The position numbers were made by a program, and so were the translations under genes. Shown one piece after another: positions 47,596-57,308 of a stretch of 64,000 nt of DNA. Each line of letters opens with the position of its first letter. The stretch's first letter is position 1. Source of the DNA: Candidatus Doudnabacteria bacterium (GTDB taxonomy: Bacteria; Patescibacteriota; Doudnabacteria; UBA920); assembly GCA_038203095.1 (NCBI GenBank), contig JBBREH010000002.1, forward strand, positions 5,904 through 69,903, read 5' to 3'. The notes beneath the pieces are model-generated. The model saw nothing but the letters and a program-made list of their open reading frames with translations. It was not told where the DNA came from and made no database searches.

Positions 47596-48315
47596 ATGAA
47601 CTTGAAAAATATTTTAAAAGCTTTATCAATCCCGTTTACCATTCTAGCGCTTAGCTTAGGCTACCAGCTGCTTTGGAATTATTTGCGATGGCCCAAGGGC
47701 GATGATTTAATTGCGCTTATTATCGACTTTTTTAACCACTATGGCTTGTGGGTAGTTTTTATTTCCAGCATCCTGGAAAGCGCGCTTTTGGTGGGCAATT
47801 TTTTTCCCGGTGGCGCTGTAATTTTTTTAAGTGTAATTGCGGCAGGCCACAATTTCCCAAGAATTTTGTTAACGGTGTCAATAGTATGCGTTGGTTTTTT
47901 TATTGGCTACGCCATAGACTATACATTAGGCAAATACGGTTGGCACAAGCTCCTGCTTAAATTTGGTCTAAACGAACAAATTGAAAAAGCCAAAGCCAAA
48001 CTAATTAAGCACAGCTTTAACGCCATTTTCTTAAGCTACTGGGAAGTTAATTTGGCATCTATAACAGCAACCTCCGCCGGAATTTTAAAAATGGATATAA
48101 AAAAGTTTTTCCGAGAGTCTACAATAGCGCTAATTTTGTGGAATATTTTTTGGACAATCTTGGTTGTTTCCTTAGGCAAAAAAGCATTGGACTTAATTAC
48201 CAATTTAATTTTCGTCATTCCGATAATTGTGGTTTGGATTTTGGTGATTTTAATAAGAATGCATATGCAGCATAAAAAACTTAAAAATTTGACAAAAACT
48301 GCAAATAAGAGCTAG
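47596..48315 (+). CDS. DedA/VTT-domain family membrane protein (second paralog)
   Basis: LESALLVGNFFPGGAVIFLSVIAAG... and F...YWEVNLASITATSAGILKMDIKKF resemble the DedA core. Confidence 0.5.
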   Translation: MNLKNILKALSIPFTILALSLGYQLLWNYLRWPKGDDLIALIIDFFNHYGLWVVFISSILESALLVGNFFPGGAVIFLSVIAAGHNFPRILLTVSIVCVGFFIGYAIDYTLGKYGWHKLLLKFGLNEQIEKAKAKLIKHSFNAIFLSYWEVNLASITATSAGILKMDIKKFFRESTIALILWNIFWTILVVSLGKKALDLITNLIFVIPIIVVWILVILIRMHMQHKKLKNLTKTANKS

Positions 48316-48366
48316 CTTATATCTAGCTGCGATGATTAAATTTATCTTAAATTAACATAAATTCCT

Positions 48367-48510
48367 ATGTCTGATATTACAATACAAGCTATTGCTAAAA
48401 CTGTGGAAGAGGTTATTAAACAAGAACTTGATCCAATTAAGACCAGGTTGGGTAACATAGAAAAAACTCAAAGTGCCCACACTGCCTCACTCGAACAGCT
48501 AGTGACTTAA
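48367..48510 (+). CDS. Small hypothetical coiled-coil ORF (47 aa); the same frame stays open after the TAA for 43 more codons
   Basis: MSDITIQAIAKTVEEVIKQELDPIKTRLGNIEKTQSAHTASLEQLVT* then KQNRTDDKVVTAHRFDRLEKWAIKVGEKIGPKLEF*. Confidence 0.25.
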   Translation: MSDITIQAIAKTVEEVIKQELDPIKTRLGNIEKTQSAHTASLEQLVT

Positions 48511-48650
48511 AAACAAAACCGGACGGACGACAAAGTTGTTACCGCTCACCGTTTTGACAGACTGGAAAAATGGGCAATAAAAGTTGGTGAAAAGATTGGT
48601 CCGAAACTGGAATTTTAATTTTACATCTATATAAAACCGCTATTTAAAAA

Positions 48651-48681
48651 GGACTTCGTGCTTTGGCCGAAAGTCCTTTTT
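48651..48681 (+). terminator. Hairpin ggacttcgtg-ctttggccg-aaagtcc followed by a T-run
   Basis: Stem plus TTTTT. Confidence 0.4.
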
Positions 48682-48713
48682 GAAAAATGTTCTTTTCCTG
48701 CTAAAATTTCATT

Positions 48714-49991
48714 ATGGAACCACTAGCCAATAAAATCCGCCCAACATCGCTAAACGAATTTGTCGGGCAACAACATTTGGTGGGGGAAGGCAAACCTTTA
48801 AGACAGGCGATGGAAAATCGTCATCTTTTTTCTTTTATTTTATGGGGACCACCCGGGGTGGGCAAGACCACGCTGGCGCGGATTTACGCTAACGCCATGG
48901 GCGCGGATTACTTTGAACTGTCCGCTGTGTCCGCGGGCAAAGACGATATTAGAAAAATAATTTCAAATGACGCCCTGCCGGCTGGCGAAGAAATACCAAA
49001 AAAGAAACCAAAAGTAATATCGGCATATAATTTACCAAATGCGCTTTCATTGGATAGATTTAAAGAGTCAATTAATAAGTTAAATTCGGACCAAGACAAA
49101 CAGCCGATAAATCGGCTAACTACAGACGGGGGCAAACCAAAAATTTTATTTTTAGACGAAATCCACCGTTTTAACAAAGCTCAGCAGGACTTTTTGCTTC
49201 CGTATGTGGAAACGGGAAAACTGACTCTCATCGGCGCCACCACAGAGAATCCGTCATTTGAAGTTATTTCCGCTTTGCTTTCGCGCTGCCGGGTATTTGT
49301 ACTCAATGAATTAACAGCGGAAGAAATGCGCGCAGTAATCAGTCAAACTAAAATCGAGATGGCTGATGATGCAAAAGAGTGGCTAATTGCCATGGCCAAT
49401 GGCGACGCGCGCGCGGCCATAACCATGCTGGAAAACACCTTAAGTTTGTACCGCCAAATTACGGTTGAAAATTTAAAAAACGCACTCCAATCCAAACACC
49501 TGCGCTACGATAAAAAGGGCGAGGAACATTACAATATTATTTCAGCTTTTATAAAATCGATGAGAGCTTCACAGCCCGACGCGGCGCTCTACTATTTAGC
49601 CAGAATGGTGGAAGCGGGGGAGGATCCAAAATTCATTGCCCGTAGGATGGTGGTGTTTGCCAGCGAAGATGTCGGCCTTGCCCAGCCAACCGCCTTGGTT
49701 GTTGCCAATGCCGTGTTTGAAGCCTGTCAAAAAATTGGCTACCCTGAATGCGCTATCAATCTTGCCCACGGTGCAGCATATCTCTCACAGTCTAAAAAAG
49801 ACCGCTCCGTCTACAACGCCTTACGGTCTGCCCAGGCAGATGTAGAGGCGCTCGGCAATTTACCCACCCCTCTTAAACTGCGAAACGCACCCACCAAATT
49901 AATGAAAAGTCTCGGCTATGGTGAGGGTTACGAAAAATATGATAATAATGATTATTTTCCCGAGGAGTTAAAAGGAAAAAAATATTTGTGA
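48714..49991 (+). CDS. rarA: Replication-associated recombination protein A (RarA/MgsA) with ~55-aa insertion between Walker A and B; ends with TGA
   Basis: GPPGVGKTT (Walker A), ILFLDEIHRFNK (Walker B/sensor), ARMVEAGEDP C-terminal domain. Confidence 0.85.
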   Translation: MEPLANKIRPTSLNEFVGQQHLVGEGKPLRQAMENRHLFSFILWGPPGVGKTTLARIYANAMGADYFELSAVSAGKDDIRKIISNDALPAGEEIPKKKPKVISAYNLPNALSLDRFKESINKLNSDQDKQPINRLTTDGGKPKILFLDEIHRFNKAQQDFLLPYVETGKLTLIGATTENPSFEVISALLSRCRVFVLNELTAEEMRAVISQTKIEMADDAKEWLIAMANGDARAAITMLENTLSLYRQITVENLKNALQSKHLRYDKKGEEHYNIISAFIKSMRASQPDAALYYLARMVEAGEDPKFIARRMVVFASEDVGLAQPTALVVANAVFEACQKIGYPECAINLAHGAAYLSQSKKDRSVYNALRSAQADVEALGNLPTPLKLRNAPTKLMKSLGYGEGYEKYDNNDYFPEELKGKKYL

Positions 49992-49996
49992 TATAA

Positions 49997-50158
49997 TAGA
50001 CTTGTTGCTTAATAATTTTTCGCCCAAAATGTGTCCTTTCGCCAAAACCTTGTTAAAAATTTTTTCGCTTAACTTAGGTTAAACATCAAAATTTTTAGCT
50101 GCGGCCTTGTCAGAAATAACACATTTTAGATCAAAAAAGTTATTTAACAACAAGTCTA
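49997..50158 (-). mobile_element. Family B MITE copy 3 (inverted orientation)
   Basis: The reverse complement aligns end-to-end with 53683..53843 (TIR TAGACTTGTTGTTAAATAACTTTTTT). Read-through of its TIR gives the spurious MSEITHFRSKKLFNNKS N-terminus of ORF 50107. Confidence 0.7.
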
Positions 50159-50166
50159 ATTTATTC

Positions 50167-51087
50167 ATGTCGTTTTTTCCTCTTATTCTTACAATATTAG
50201 GCCTTGGTTTGTTTGAAACCGTGTCGTCTGTAGACAATGCGGTAATTAACGCCGAGGTTTTAGGCACTATGGGCCCCAAAGCCAGGCGCTGGTTTACCGT
50301 TTGGGGCATGCTTTTTGCTGTCTTTGCCGTACGAGGACTTTTACCCTGGCTAATAGTTTGGCTAGCAACCCCCGGCCTTGGTCCCATAACCGCAATTACC
50401 GCTTCATTTTCATCTAATCCTGAAGTATTAACTGCCGTAGAAAAAGCCGCGCCTTTTTTGCTAATGGCCGGTGGAGTATTTTTAATTTTTTTGTTTCTGC
50501 ACTGGTTATTTTTGGAACCCAAAAATTTTGGCATAAGCGGTGAAAAATTTTTTTACCGTCAGGGCGTCTGGTTTTACGCCGTGGTATCATTGGCGCTTTC
50601 TGTAATAGTTTGGCAGTCTCTTAAAATAGATGCTTATTTAGCTTTTGCCGCTGTGGTTGGGTCAACAACATTTTTTATTACCCACGGATTTAAGGAAAAT
50701 GCCGCTTCTCAGGAAAAAACTTTAATGCGTACGGGGTTATCTGACTTAAGCAAAGTTTTTTATTTAGAAGTGATTGATGCGACATTCTCCATAGACGGCG
50801 TACTAGGCGCCTTTGCTTTTACTCTTTCTGTTCCTCTAATTTTATTGGGCAATAGCTTGGGAGCACTGCTCGTTCGCCAGTTAACTATTAGCAATATAGA
50901 TACTATAAAAAAATATGCCTACTTAAAAAACGGCGCTATGTACTCTATTTTATTTCTAGGCTTAATTATGCTTGCGGACGGATTTGGACACCACATACCT
51001 CAATGGCTATCGCCCGTGATTACCTTTACCATTATTAGCTATTTTTTTATTAAATCTAAAGCTCAATTAAAAAATGAGCCTGCTTGA
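50167..51087 (+). CDS. TerC-family / DUF475 integral membrane protein
   Basis: ETVSSVDNAVINA and LEVIDATFSIDGVLGAF motifs; 7-8 TM. Start set at MSFFPL after the MITE. Confidence 0.6.
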   Translation: MSFFPLILTILGLGLFETVSSVDNAVINAEVLGTMGPKARRWFTVWGMLFAVFAVRGLLPWLIVWLATPGLGPITAITASFSSNPEVLTAVEKAAPFLLMAGGVFLIFLFLHWLFLEPKNFGISGEKFFYRQGVWFYAVVSLALSVIVWQSLKIDAYLAFAAVVGSTTFFITHGFKENAASQEKTLMRTGLSDLSKVFYLEVIDATFSIDGVLGAFAFTLSVPLILLGNSLGALLVRQLTISNIDTIKKYAYLKNGAMYSILFLGLIMLADGFGHHIPQWLSPVITFTIISYFFIKSKAQLKNEPA

Positions 51088-52120
51088 AAAGCTATTAAAA
51101 TCATACAACTATAACTTCCCTGTGGAGCTAATTGCCCAGTCTCCCGCCCGCCCGCGCGACTCCGCGCGGCTTTTGACATACAAGATAGCTGGCAATAAAA
51201 TAAGTTTCGACACTTTTGCCAACATTGGTAAATATCTACCAAAAAATTCAGTTTTGGTTTTTAACCAAACCAAAGTGGTGCCTGCTCGTTTGACGATTAT
51301 AAAACCCACTGGCGAGAAGGCGGAAATTTTGTACATTGACCACAATAAAAAATTCATTAAAGTCATCGCCAACAAAAAATTGTCGCTTAAAAGCACGTTC
51401 CCCCTTTTATGCGGCCGCATAAAAGGGGGAACGTTTAAAGTTGCAAAAAAGGAAGGTCAATTTTATTTCTTAAAGCCCAGCTTCCCGACATCCGAAATTA
51501 AGAGCCTAATGGCCAAATACGGTAAAACCCCGTTACCGCCTTACATTAAACATTCACCGCTCACAGAGAACCAAAAACGCAAAGAGTACCAATCGGTATT
51601 TGCCAAACAGGGATTGTCCGTTGCCGCGCCAACCGCGAGTTTACATTTTACAAAAAAGCTGATTAAAAACCTGCAAAAGCAGGGGATAGAGGTTAGGTTT
51701 ATTACGCTCAATGTAAACTTAGGCACCTTTGCCCCTTTAAAAGAAGAAAATTTGGCAACCGGCTTGCTCCACAGCGAAAGCTACGAAATAGACAAAAAAA
51801 CCTCGGGTGATTTAAACCGGGCAAAAAAACTCGGTCAGCCGATTATTGCCGTTGGCACAACAGTTATTCGTACTTTAGAATCTGCCGCAAGCAACCATCA
51901 GCTAAAAAATCTTTCCGGCCAAACCCGCCTATTCATTCAACCAGGGTACAATTTTAAATTTATTGACGGTCTAATAACCAACTTCCACGTTCCAAAATCC
52001 AGCCTTCTTATGCTTATTTCCGCACTTGTGGGTCGCAAAAAACTGCTTTCTCTTTATCAAAAAGCTATATCCAAAAAGTTCCGCCTCTTTTCTTTTGGCG
52101 ACGGGATGGTTATAGTTTAG
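51074..52120 (+). CDS. queA: S-adenosylmethionine:tRNA ribosyltransferase-isomerase
   Basis: YNYNFPVELIAQSPARPRDSARLL N-terminus, FITLNVNLGTFAPLK, HSE.YEI, AVGTTVIRTLES. Confidence 0.85.
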   Translation: MSLLEKLLKSYNYNFPVELIAQSPARPRDSARLLTYKIAGNKISFDTFANIGKYLPKNSVLVFNQTKVVPARLTIIKPTGEKAEILYIDHNKKFIKVIANKKLSLKSTFPLLCGRIKGGTFKVAKKEGQFYFLKPSFPTSEIKSLMAKYGKTPLPPYIKHSPLTENQKRKEYQSVFAKQGLSVAAPTASLHFTKKLIKNLQKQGIEVRFITLNVNLGTFAPLKEENLATGLLHSESYEIDKKTSGDLNRAKKLGQPIIAVGTTVIRTLESAASNHQLKNLSGQTRLFIQPGYNFKFIDGLITNFHVPKSSLLMLISALVGRKKLLSLYQKAISKKFRLFSFGDGMVIV

Positions 52121-52134
52121 AGAAGGAGGCCGAT

Positions 52135-52251
52135 ATGAAAAAACGGCTAAAAAAAATCGGCCAAGGCCTTTTAGACGCTGCGGTCTCCGCAGCGGCCATT
52201 CTGGCCCTGTTTCCGATTTTTAAAATCACGCCCAAGAAAAAACTGCACTAG
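52135..52251 (+). CDS. Small hydrophobic peptide (38 aa) with strong RBS GAAGGAGG
   Basis: MKKRLKKIGQGLLDAAVSAAAILALFPIFKITPKKKLH; SD plus 7-nt spacer. Confidence 0.3.
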   Translation: MKKRLKKIGQGLLDAAVSAAAILALFPIFKITPKKKLH

Positions 52252-52544
52252 TGGCTTCAAGCTAGTTGGCAATTTCTTAGGCGCTAACTTTTCCCTGTGG
52301 ATATGTCAGATTATTATCTAATTCTACAAACTCAATAAAAAATAAAATCTCTTATAAATAAGCCAATAATCATACTGATACAACAATTCCCATATTTTTT
52401 GCCAAATTAGCAACAATTAAGGCAAAAAACACTTGCTTTACTTGGGTTTTTTAGCTAAGATTTAAACGTTAACAAATAATCATACACCCCCACTCCAAGC
52501 CCTCCTTTTTAGATGGTGAGGAAATGGGGTAGGGAGACAAAAAA

Positions 52545-52817
52545 ATGACAAAGTCAGAGACATTACAAGCCCTAGCTGATAAGCTGGGAAAGACTCGCAA
52601 AGAAGCAGGCGAAATTTTGGATGCAATTATTGAATTAGCCGTTGCCGAGACCAAAAAGAACGGTGAATTTACTTTCCCGGGCTTAGGCAAACTCCAAAAG
52701 AAGCACAGAGATGCCAGAATGGGCAGAAACCCGGCCACCGGCGCTTCCATTCAAATCCCGGCTAAGACAGTTTTGAAGTTCCGCGTTGCCAAACAGGCCA
52801 AAGACGCAATACTTTAA
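52545..52817 (+). CDS. hup: DNA-binding protein HU
   Basis: GEFTFPGLGKLQKKHRDARMGRNPATGASIQIPAKTVLKFR is the HU/IHF arm. Confidence 0.85.
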   Translation: MTKSETLQALADKLGKTRKEAGEILDAIIELAVAETKKNGEFTFPGLGKLQKKHRDARMGRNPATGASIQIPAKTVLKFRVAKQAKDAIL

Positions 52818-53027
52818 GTTACAAGTAGAAAGTTTAAAGTAAAATGGTAAAACCATCTCGCATAATGCGAGGTGGTTTTAATTTTATTGATTTTGTGGTA
52901 TAATAATAGAAATCTTTATGGAGAATAAAGTGTGTTTATATACAATCATTTCTCTAAAATATACTACTCCTTGTTTTTAGAATGTCGACGACGTTCTCTA
53001 AACGGGTAAATTAAAACTATTGCATAA

Positions 53028-53468
53028 ATGCAAAATTCACTTACCAAGATCCATCTTGAAACAAAAAAACAATTTGAAATTGTGGATTTGACCGGTCAAA
53101 TAATGAAAGCTGTGGTTGACTCAAAAATCCAAAATGGTTTAGTCCTTATTTTTTGCCCACACACAACGGCCGGAATTAGAATCAACCACAACGAACCTCT
53201 ACTAATGCAGGATTTTATGAAGGCTCTATACCGCTTGGTGCCAATAAACCAAAGCTACAGCCACGATTTATTTGAAGTCAGACAAAACGTCGCTCCTAAT
53301 GAGCGCAGCAACGGCCACGCGCATGTTAAATCGTTTTTACTTGGCTCATCCGAAACGCTTCCAATTGATAAAGGCAGTTTGCTTTTAGGCCAAAGGCAAA
53401 GCATTTTTTTTATTGAACTGGAGGGAGGCAGAATGCGCGAAGTTATTATTAAAATTATTGGCGAATAA
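53028..53468 (+). CDS. YjbQ/UPF0047 family protein (secondary thiamine-phosphate synthase-like)
   Basis: LVLIFCPHTTAGIRINHNE...NGHAHVKSFLLGSSETLPIDKGSLLLGQRQSIFFIELEG. Confidence 0.7.
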   Translation: MQNSLTKIHLETKKQFEIVDLTGQIMKAVVDSKIQNGLVLIFCPHTTAGIRINHNEPLLMQDFMKALYRLVPINQSYSHDLFEVRQNVAPNERSNGHAHVKSFLLGSSETLPIDKGSLLLGQRQSIFFIELEGGRMREVIIKIIGE

Positions 53469-53545
53469 ATCCAGGCGCCTTCCTGCGGGGAATTACACCC
53501 CGCAGGAAGGCTATAAAATCCATTCATCCCCGCAGCAAGCTACGG
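53462..53545 (+). repeat. GC-rich palindromic unit at the 3' end of yjbQ (AATAAATCCAGGC...CCTTCCTGCGGGG-aattacac-CCCGCAGGAAGG), homologous to 54602..54724
   Basis: ~70-nt alignment between the two copies, each starting right at a stop codon (GAATAA / TTCAATAA). Confidence 0.55.
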
Positions 53546-53682
53546 AGTACGGACTGAATACGGATATACGGAGGGAGTACTTGAGCATTTTGAATTTCGT
53601 ATATCCGTATGCTCCCTCTCGGTACTTCCGTAAAGAATCTTAAGGTGGTCGATCTTAAGACAGGTAACAAAGATAAAATAAT

Positions 53683-53843
53683 AGACTTATTGTTTAATAA
53701 CTTTTTTGATTCAAAATCTGGTATTTCAGACAAAACCGATGTTTAAAATTTTGATGTTTAACCTAAGTTAAGCGGAAAAATTTTAAACAAGGTTTTGACG
53801 AAATAACAGATTTTAGGCGAAAAATTATTAAACAACAGGTCTA
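53683..53843 (+). mobile_element. Family B MITE copy 2
   Basis: TIRs TAGACTTATTGTTTAATAACTTTTTT / AAAAATTATTAAACAACAGGTCTA. The spurious ORF 53524..53733 (MSEIPDFESKKLLNNKS) arises from its TIR. Confidence 0.7.
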
Positions 53844-53908
53844 GTAATCAAAATTAAAATAAATGTTTTGCGGTTCATAAATTTTAGCCGCAAAATGAAA
53901 GGATAAAA

Positions 53909-54589
53909 ATGGATTACCCAACCTATCAGGTTATGGTAGTTAGCGCGTTACAAGATTTGTTTTTTAAAACAGTTAGCTACCTCCCAAATTTAATTGCGGC
54001 AATTATTGTTGTAATTATTGGCTGGCTTTTAGCAATATTTTTAAGCTCACTGGTAAGTAAGGTTTTAAGTACAATTAAAATTGACCACCTAGCAAACCAA
54101 TTGGGATTACAAAACCTCTCGGAAAAAACCGGCAAAAAACTTAGTATTTCCACTTTTTGTGGCTGGCTAGTAAAATGGTTTTTCTTTTTGGGCAGCTTTA
54201 TTGCCGCGGCTGACATTTTAAATCTACCGGGAGTCTCAAGCTTTCTTTACCAGGATGTTTTGGGCTACGCCGGGCACGTAATTGTCGCGGTCGCAATTTT
54301 GCTTCTGGGCCTCCTGGCAGCCGACTTTTTCTCGGGTTTAATTTCAACAACGGTAAAAGCCAGCGGACTCAACACCGGACATTCTTTGGGCGCTGTTGCC
54401 AAGTGGTCTATAATTGTCTTTGCCGTTATTTCAGCGCTGTCTCAATTGCAAATTGCCTCGGCGTTTTTGCAGGACTTGTTCAGGGCCGTTGTTGCTATGT
54501 TGGCTATTGCCGGCGGTCTGGCTTTTGGCCTCGGCGGACAGGCTCACGCCAAAAAAGTTTTGGACGGACTAGAAGACAATTTTAAGTGA
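53909..54589 (+). CDS. Membrane protein with conserved TM-helix repeats (CmpX/MscS-N-terminal-like); hypothetical
   Basis: Repeated amphipathic helices ...LxNLxxxIxxxVxAAxILLLG... Confidence 0.35.
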   Translation: MDYPTYQVMVVSALQDLFFKTVSYLPNLIAAIIVVIIGWLLAIFLSSLVSKVLSTIKIDHLANQLGLQNLSEKTGKKLSISTFCGWLVKWFFFLGSFIAAADILNLPGVSSFLYQDVLGYAGHVIVAVAILLLGLLAADFFSGLISTTVKASGLNTGHSLGAVAKWSIIVFAVISALSQLQIASAFLQDLFRAVVAMLAIAGGLAFGLGGQAHAKKVLDGLEDNFK

Positions 54590-54601
54590 TTAGGAAAATT
54601 C

Positions 54602-54724
54602 AATAAATCCAGGCATTTTCCTACGAGGTACTAAACCCCGCAGAAAGACTATAATTCCATTTATTCCCGCCGTCCGTCAGCCTAGGCTGACGGACGGGGT
54701 ATTTTGGAGGGAGCCTGGATAAAA
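54602..54724 (+). repeat. GC-rich palindromic unit (homolog of 53462..53545) bounded by ATCCAGGC/GCCTGGAT, containing the perfect 28-nt palindrome CCGTCCGTCAGCCTAGGCTGACGGACGG
   Basis: Read directly. Confidence 0.55.
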
Positions 54725-54857
54725 AACATCAAAATTTGTTTTGATTGACTGTCTCATCCGCCTCCGGCGGACAATTTTTGTCCAAAGAGCCCATTCGGCA
54801 ACAGTTCCAATAAAATGGCGCGAAATTTGTGGTAAAGGTTTTGTTTTATCCTAAACA

Positions 54858-55673
54858 ATGAAAAAGTTTATTTTTATTCTGATATTTTTAATTTTGCTGA
54901 TTATCAGCGCTTTTGCCTTGTCTTCGGCTTTAAACCATCGCTCTCAATTACAACAAACAAGAACCACTGCCAAAGCGGCACAAATCAGCATAACTTTGCT
55001 AGAAGGCTGGACTGACCGGGATATTGCCGAATACCTGCAAAAGACTCTTTATATTAATACGGCTGATTTCCTTAAAACCGCGGATAATTTTGACCTGACG
55101 GCCTATCCTATAGTCTCCCAAAAGCCCAAAAATGGTAATTTGGAGGGCTTTTTATTTCCGGACACCTATTTCCTGCTTAAAAGCGCTACCAGCACGCCTG
55201 AGGCAGTTATTAAAAAAGCATTGGATAACTTTTCTCATAAAATCACACCGGAAATGCAGACCCAAAGTTTAGCCAATAACATGAGTTTTTATCAAACCCT
55301 TATTTTGGCCTCAATAATTGAAAAAGAGGGTAAATCCAACGCGGACAAAAAAATTATTTCCGGGATTTTTTACAATCGATTAAAAAACAACATCGCCCTA
55401 CAAAGCGATGCCACTATTAATTATATAACCCACAAAAATAGCCCGAGTTTAAGCTTAGATGATACCAAACTGGATTCACCCTACAATTCCTACAAATACC
55501 CCGGCCTGCCGCCCACGCCAATTTGTAACCCGGGATTAGATTCTATTTTAGCCGCGCTTTACCCTCAAAAAAATGACTACCTATATTTTCTCTCAGATCC
55601 CAAAACCGGCAACGCAATTTTTGCCAAAACTTACGAGGAGCATTTACAAAATAAGAAAATTCACTTAAAATAA
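54858..55673 (+). CDS. mltG: Endolytic murein transglycosylase MltG (YceG-like)
   Basis: N-terminal TM, LASIIEKEG, LQSDATINY, SPYNSYKYPGLPPTPICNPGLDSILAA, DYLYF. Confidence 0.75.
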   Translation: MKKFIFILIFLILLIISAFALSSALNHRSQLQQTRTTAKAAQISITLLEGWTDRDIAEYLQKTLYINTADFLKTADNFDLTAYPIVSQKPKNGNLEGFLFPDTYFLLKSATSTPEAVIKKALDNFSHKITPEMQTQSLANNMSFYQTLILASIIEKEGKSNADKKIISGIFYNRLKNNIALQSDATINYITHKNSPSLSLDDTKLDSPYNSYKYPGLPPTPICNPGLDSILAALYPQKNDYLYFLSDPKTGNAIFAKTYEEHLQNKKIHLK

Positions 55674-55677
55674 GCTT

Positions 55678-56118
55678 ATGGAATATAGAAAACAATTGGC
55701 GGACGATACTGATGCCTATGAATTTGGCGAACGAGACATTGCGTATGCAATGAAAGAAACAGAAAAAAGAGAATCGGAATCTCAGCCGGTGGAACTTTAT
55801 TTTGAATTTACAAACACGACTGAAAAAGAAAAAGCGAAAACAGCCCTACTAGCATATATAAACCAACCCACTTCCGGACCTGATTACCATCCAGATCAAA
55901 TCTTTGACCCTAAATGGTTTATTGGAATTGATAGAAAGCCGGACCAGAGACCCGAGGGCTTAGAGTTCTCATTTAGTAGGACCCCCGCTTTCATAAGAAA
56001 TCCCGAACGTTTAAAAAATTATTTAGAAAAATTTTTACTAAATAATTTTGCTTTTAAGCTGAGAAGCAGAGACGGTCGAGTAGAAGATTACGAAGTAGTC
56101 GACAACAAACCGGTTTAG
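55678..56118 (+). CDS. Hypothetical acidic protein
   Basis: ORF only. Confidence 0.35.
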   Translation: MEYRKQLADDTDAYEFGERDIAYAMKETEKRESESQPVELYFEFTNTTEKEKAKTALLAYINQPTSGPDYHPDQIFDPKWFIGIDRKPDQRPEGLEFSFSRTPAFIRNPERLKNYLEKFLLNNFAFKLRSRDGRVEDYEVVDNKPV

Positions 56119-57117
56119 TCAACGGTTTAGCGAAGAACCTATAAAATCCTTATACCCGTTTAAAAACTCTGTAATTGAAACCTCATTTTTACCAGCTAAC
56201 TGTAGCCGGTTGATTTTTAATTTGGTATTGTTGCCGCAGATAACAACACCATCAGCAATCACAGTTCCCGGGTCTAAATTTCTGTAGTTTTCTGTAGTGT
56301 CTCCATTCTGTAGTTCTGTAGTAATGCATTCTGTTATTTTTAAATTTTGTCCCTTCCAAGTTGTCCAAATTCCCGGCCAAATATAAAAGGCGCGGAACTG
56401 GTTATAAATTTCGGTTGCCGATTTATTCCAATCAACTTTCCCGTCCGCTTTACTAACAATCTTGCAGTAACTGACACTGTCTTCGTCCTGGGGCAGAGGA
56501 GTAATTTTACCCGAAACATAATCTGAAATTGTTTGATTGATTATGTTTGCCGACCTGCGCGCCAATTTATCGGAAAGTGTAAAAAAATTATCGTCCGGAT
56601 CAATGTTTACAATTTCCTGCGTCAGCAAAAGCCCGTCGTCCACATTTTTGTCCAAAAGAAAAATTGATGTCCCAGTCTGCTCATCGCCGTTAAGCAGCGC
56701 GGCCTGTATAGGCGAAGCGCCGCGGTATTTGGGCAACACGGAAAAATGGACGTTAATAGTTTTGTACTTTGGGGCGCTGATTATGTCCATAGGCAAAATT
56801 TTGCCATAAGCCACTACAACAAAAAGCTCAACACCGGCGGGTCCCATTCCCCTCCCGTCAGGGGAGGGGCTAGGGGAGGGTAAACAAAGATTTTTAAGTT
56901 GCCCCAAAAACTCCCGATTATCTTTTACATTTTCCGGTTTAAATGTCAAAAGGCCTAAATCCGCAGCCAATGCCGAAACCGGACTCTCCTCCATTTCCTG
57001 CCTGCGGCCAACCTTAACATCGGGCGTAGTAACCACGGCCGCAATTTCATGCTCCTTGCGCAAAGCCTCCAAAATGGGCAAGGCAACGTTTGATGTGCCA
57101 AAAAATACTAATTTCAT
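56119..57117 (-). CDS. fmt: Methionyl-tRNA formyltransferase with 18-aa in-frame GC-rich insertion (CLPSPSPSPDGRGMGPAG)
   Basis: MKLVFFGTS...AVVTTPD, HFSVLPKYRGASPIQ, C-terminal domain. The insert lies between ...QLKNL and VELFVVVAYGKILP. Confidence 0.85.
   Translation of the reverse strand: MKLVFFGTSNVALPILEALRKEHEIAAVVTTPDVKVGRRQEMEESPVSALAADLGLLTFKPENVKDNREFLGQLKNLCLPSPSPSPDGRGMGPAGVELFVVVAYGKILPMDIISAPKYKTINVHFSVLPKYRGASPIQAALLNGDEQTGTSIFLLDKNVDDGLLLTQEIVNIDPDDNFFTLSDKLARRSANIINQTISDYVSGKITPLPQDEDSVSYCKIVSKADGKVDWNKSATEIYNQFRAFYIWPGIWTTWKGQNLKITECITTELQNGDTTENYRNLDPGTVIADGVVICGNNTKLKINRLQLAGKNEVSITEFLNGYKDFIGSSLNR
56849..56880. repeat. GC-rich palindromic module CCCCTCCC-gtca-GGGGAGGGG-CT-AGGGGAGGG inside fmt (same module as in gpmI at 44178-44213)
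   Basis: Near-identical 35-40 nt between the two genes. Confidence 0.65.
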
Positions 57118-57308
57118 CTACAAAAAATCTTACAAATCTACAAATGACTACAAATCTCTGTAACCATATTAATACAATTATACTGTTTCTATAGCAGGTT
57201 GACAAAACTCTCTCTCTGATATTTTTAGGAGTCGCCCGGCGCCAGTTATATACGGACGATTTTTCGTCATTGGGACGAAAAAGCAACTGGCAAACAGAAG
57301 GGGGCTAA

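Noticed and set aside
49989-49991. Possibility that TGA is a sense codon (only RF1 is seen in the window)
   Set aside because: TGA ends rarA and the TerC-like gene at sensible C-termini, and all long conserved proteins are uninterrupted under the standard code.
50107-50166. N-terminal extension MSEITHFRSKKLFNNKSNLF of ORF 50107 and the look-alike ORF 53524..53733 (-)
   Set aside because: Both arise from reading through the conserved TIR of the Family B MITE. The real TerC-like start is at 50167.
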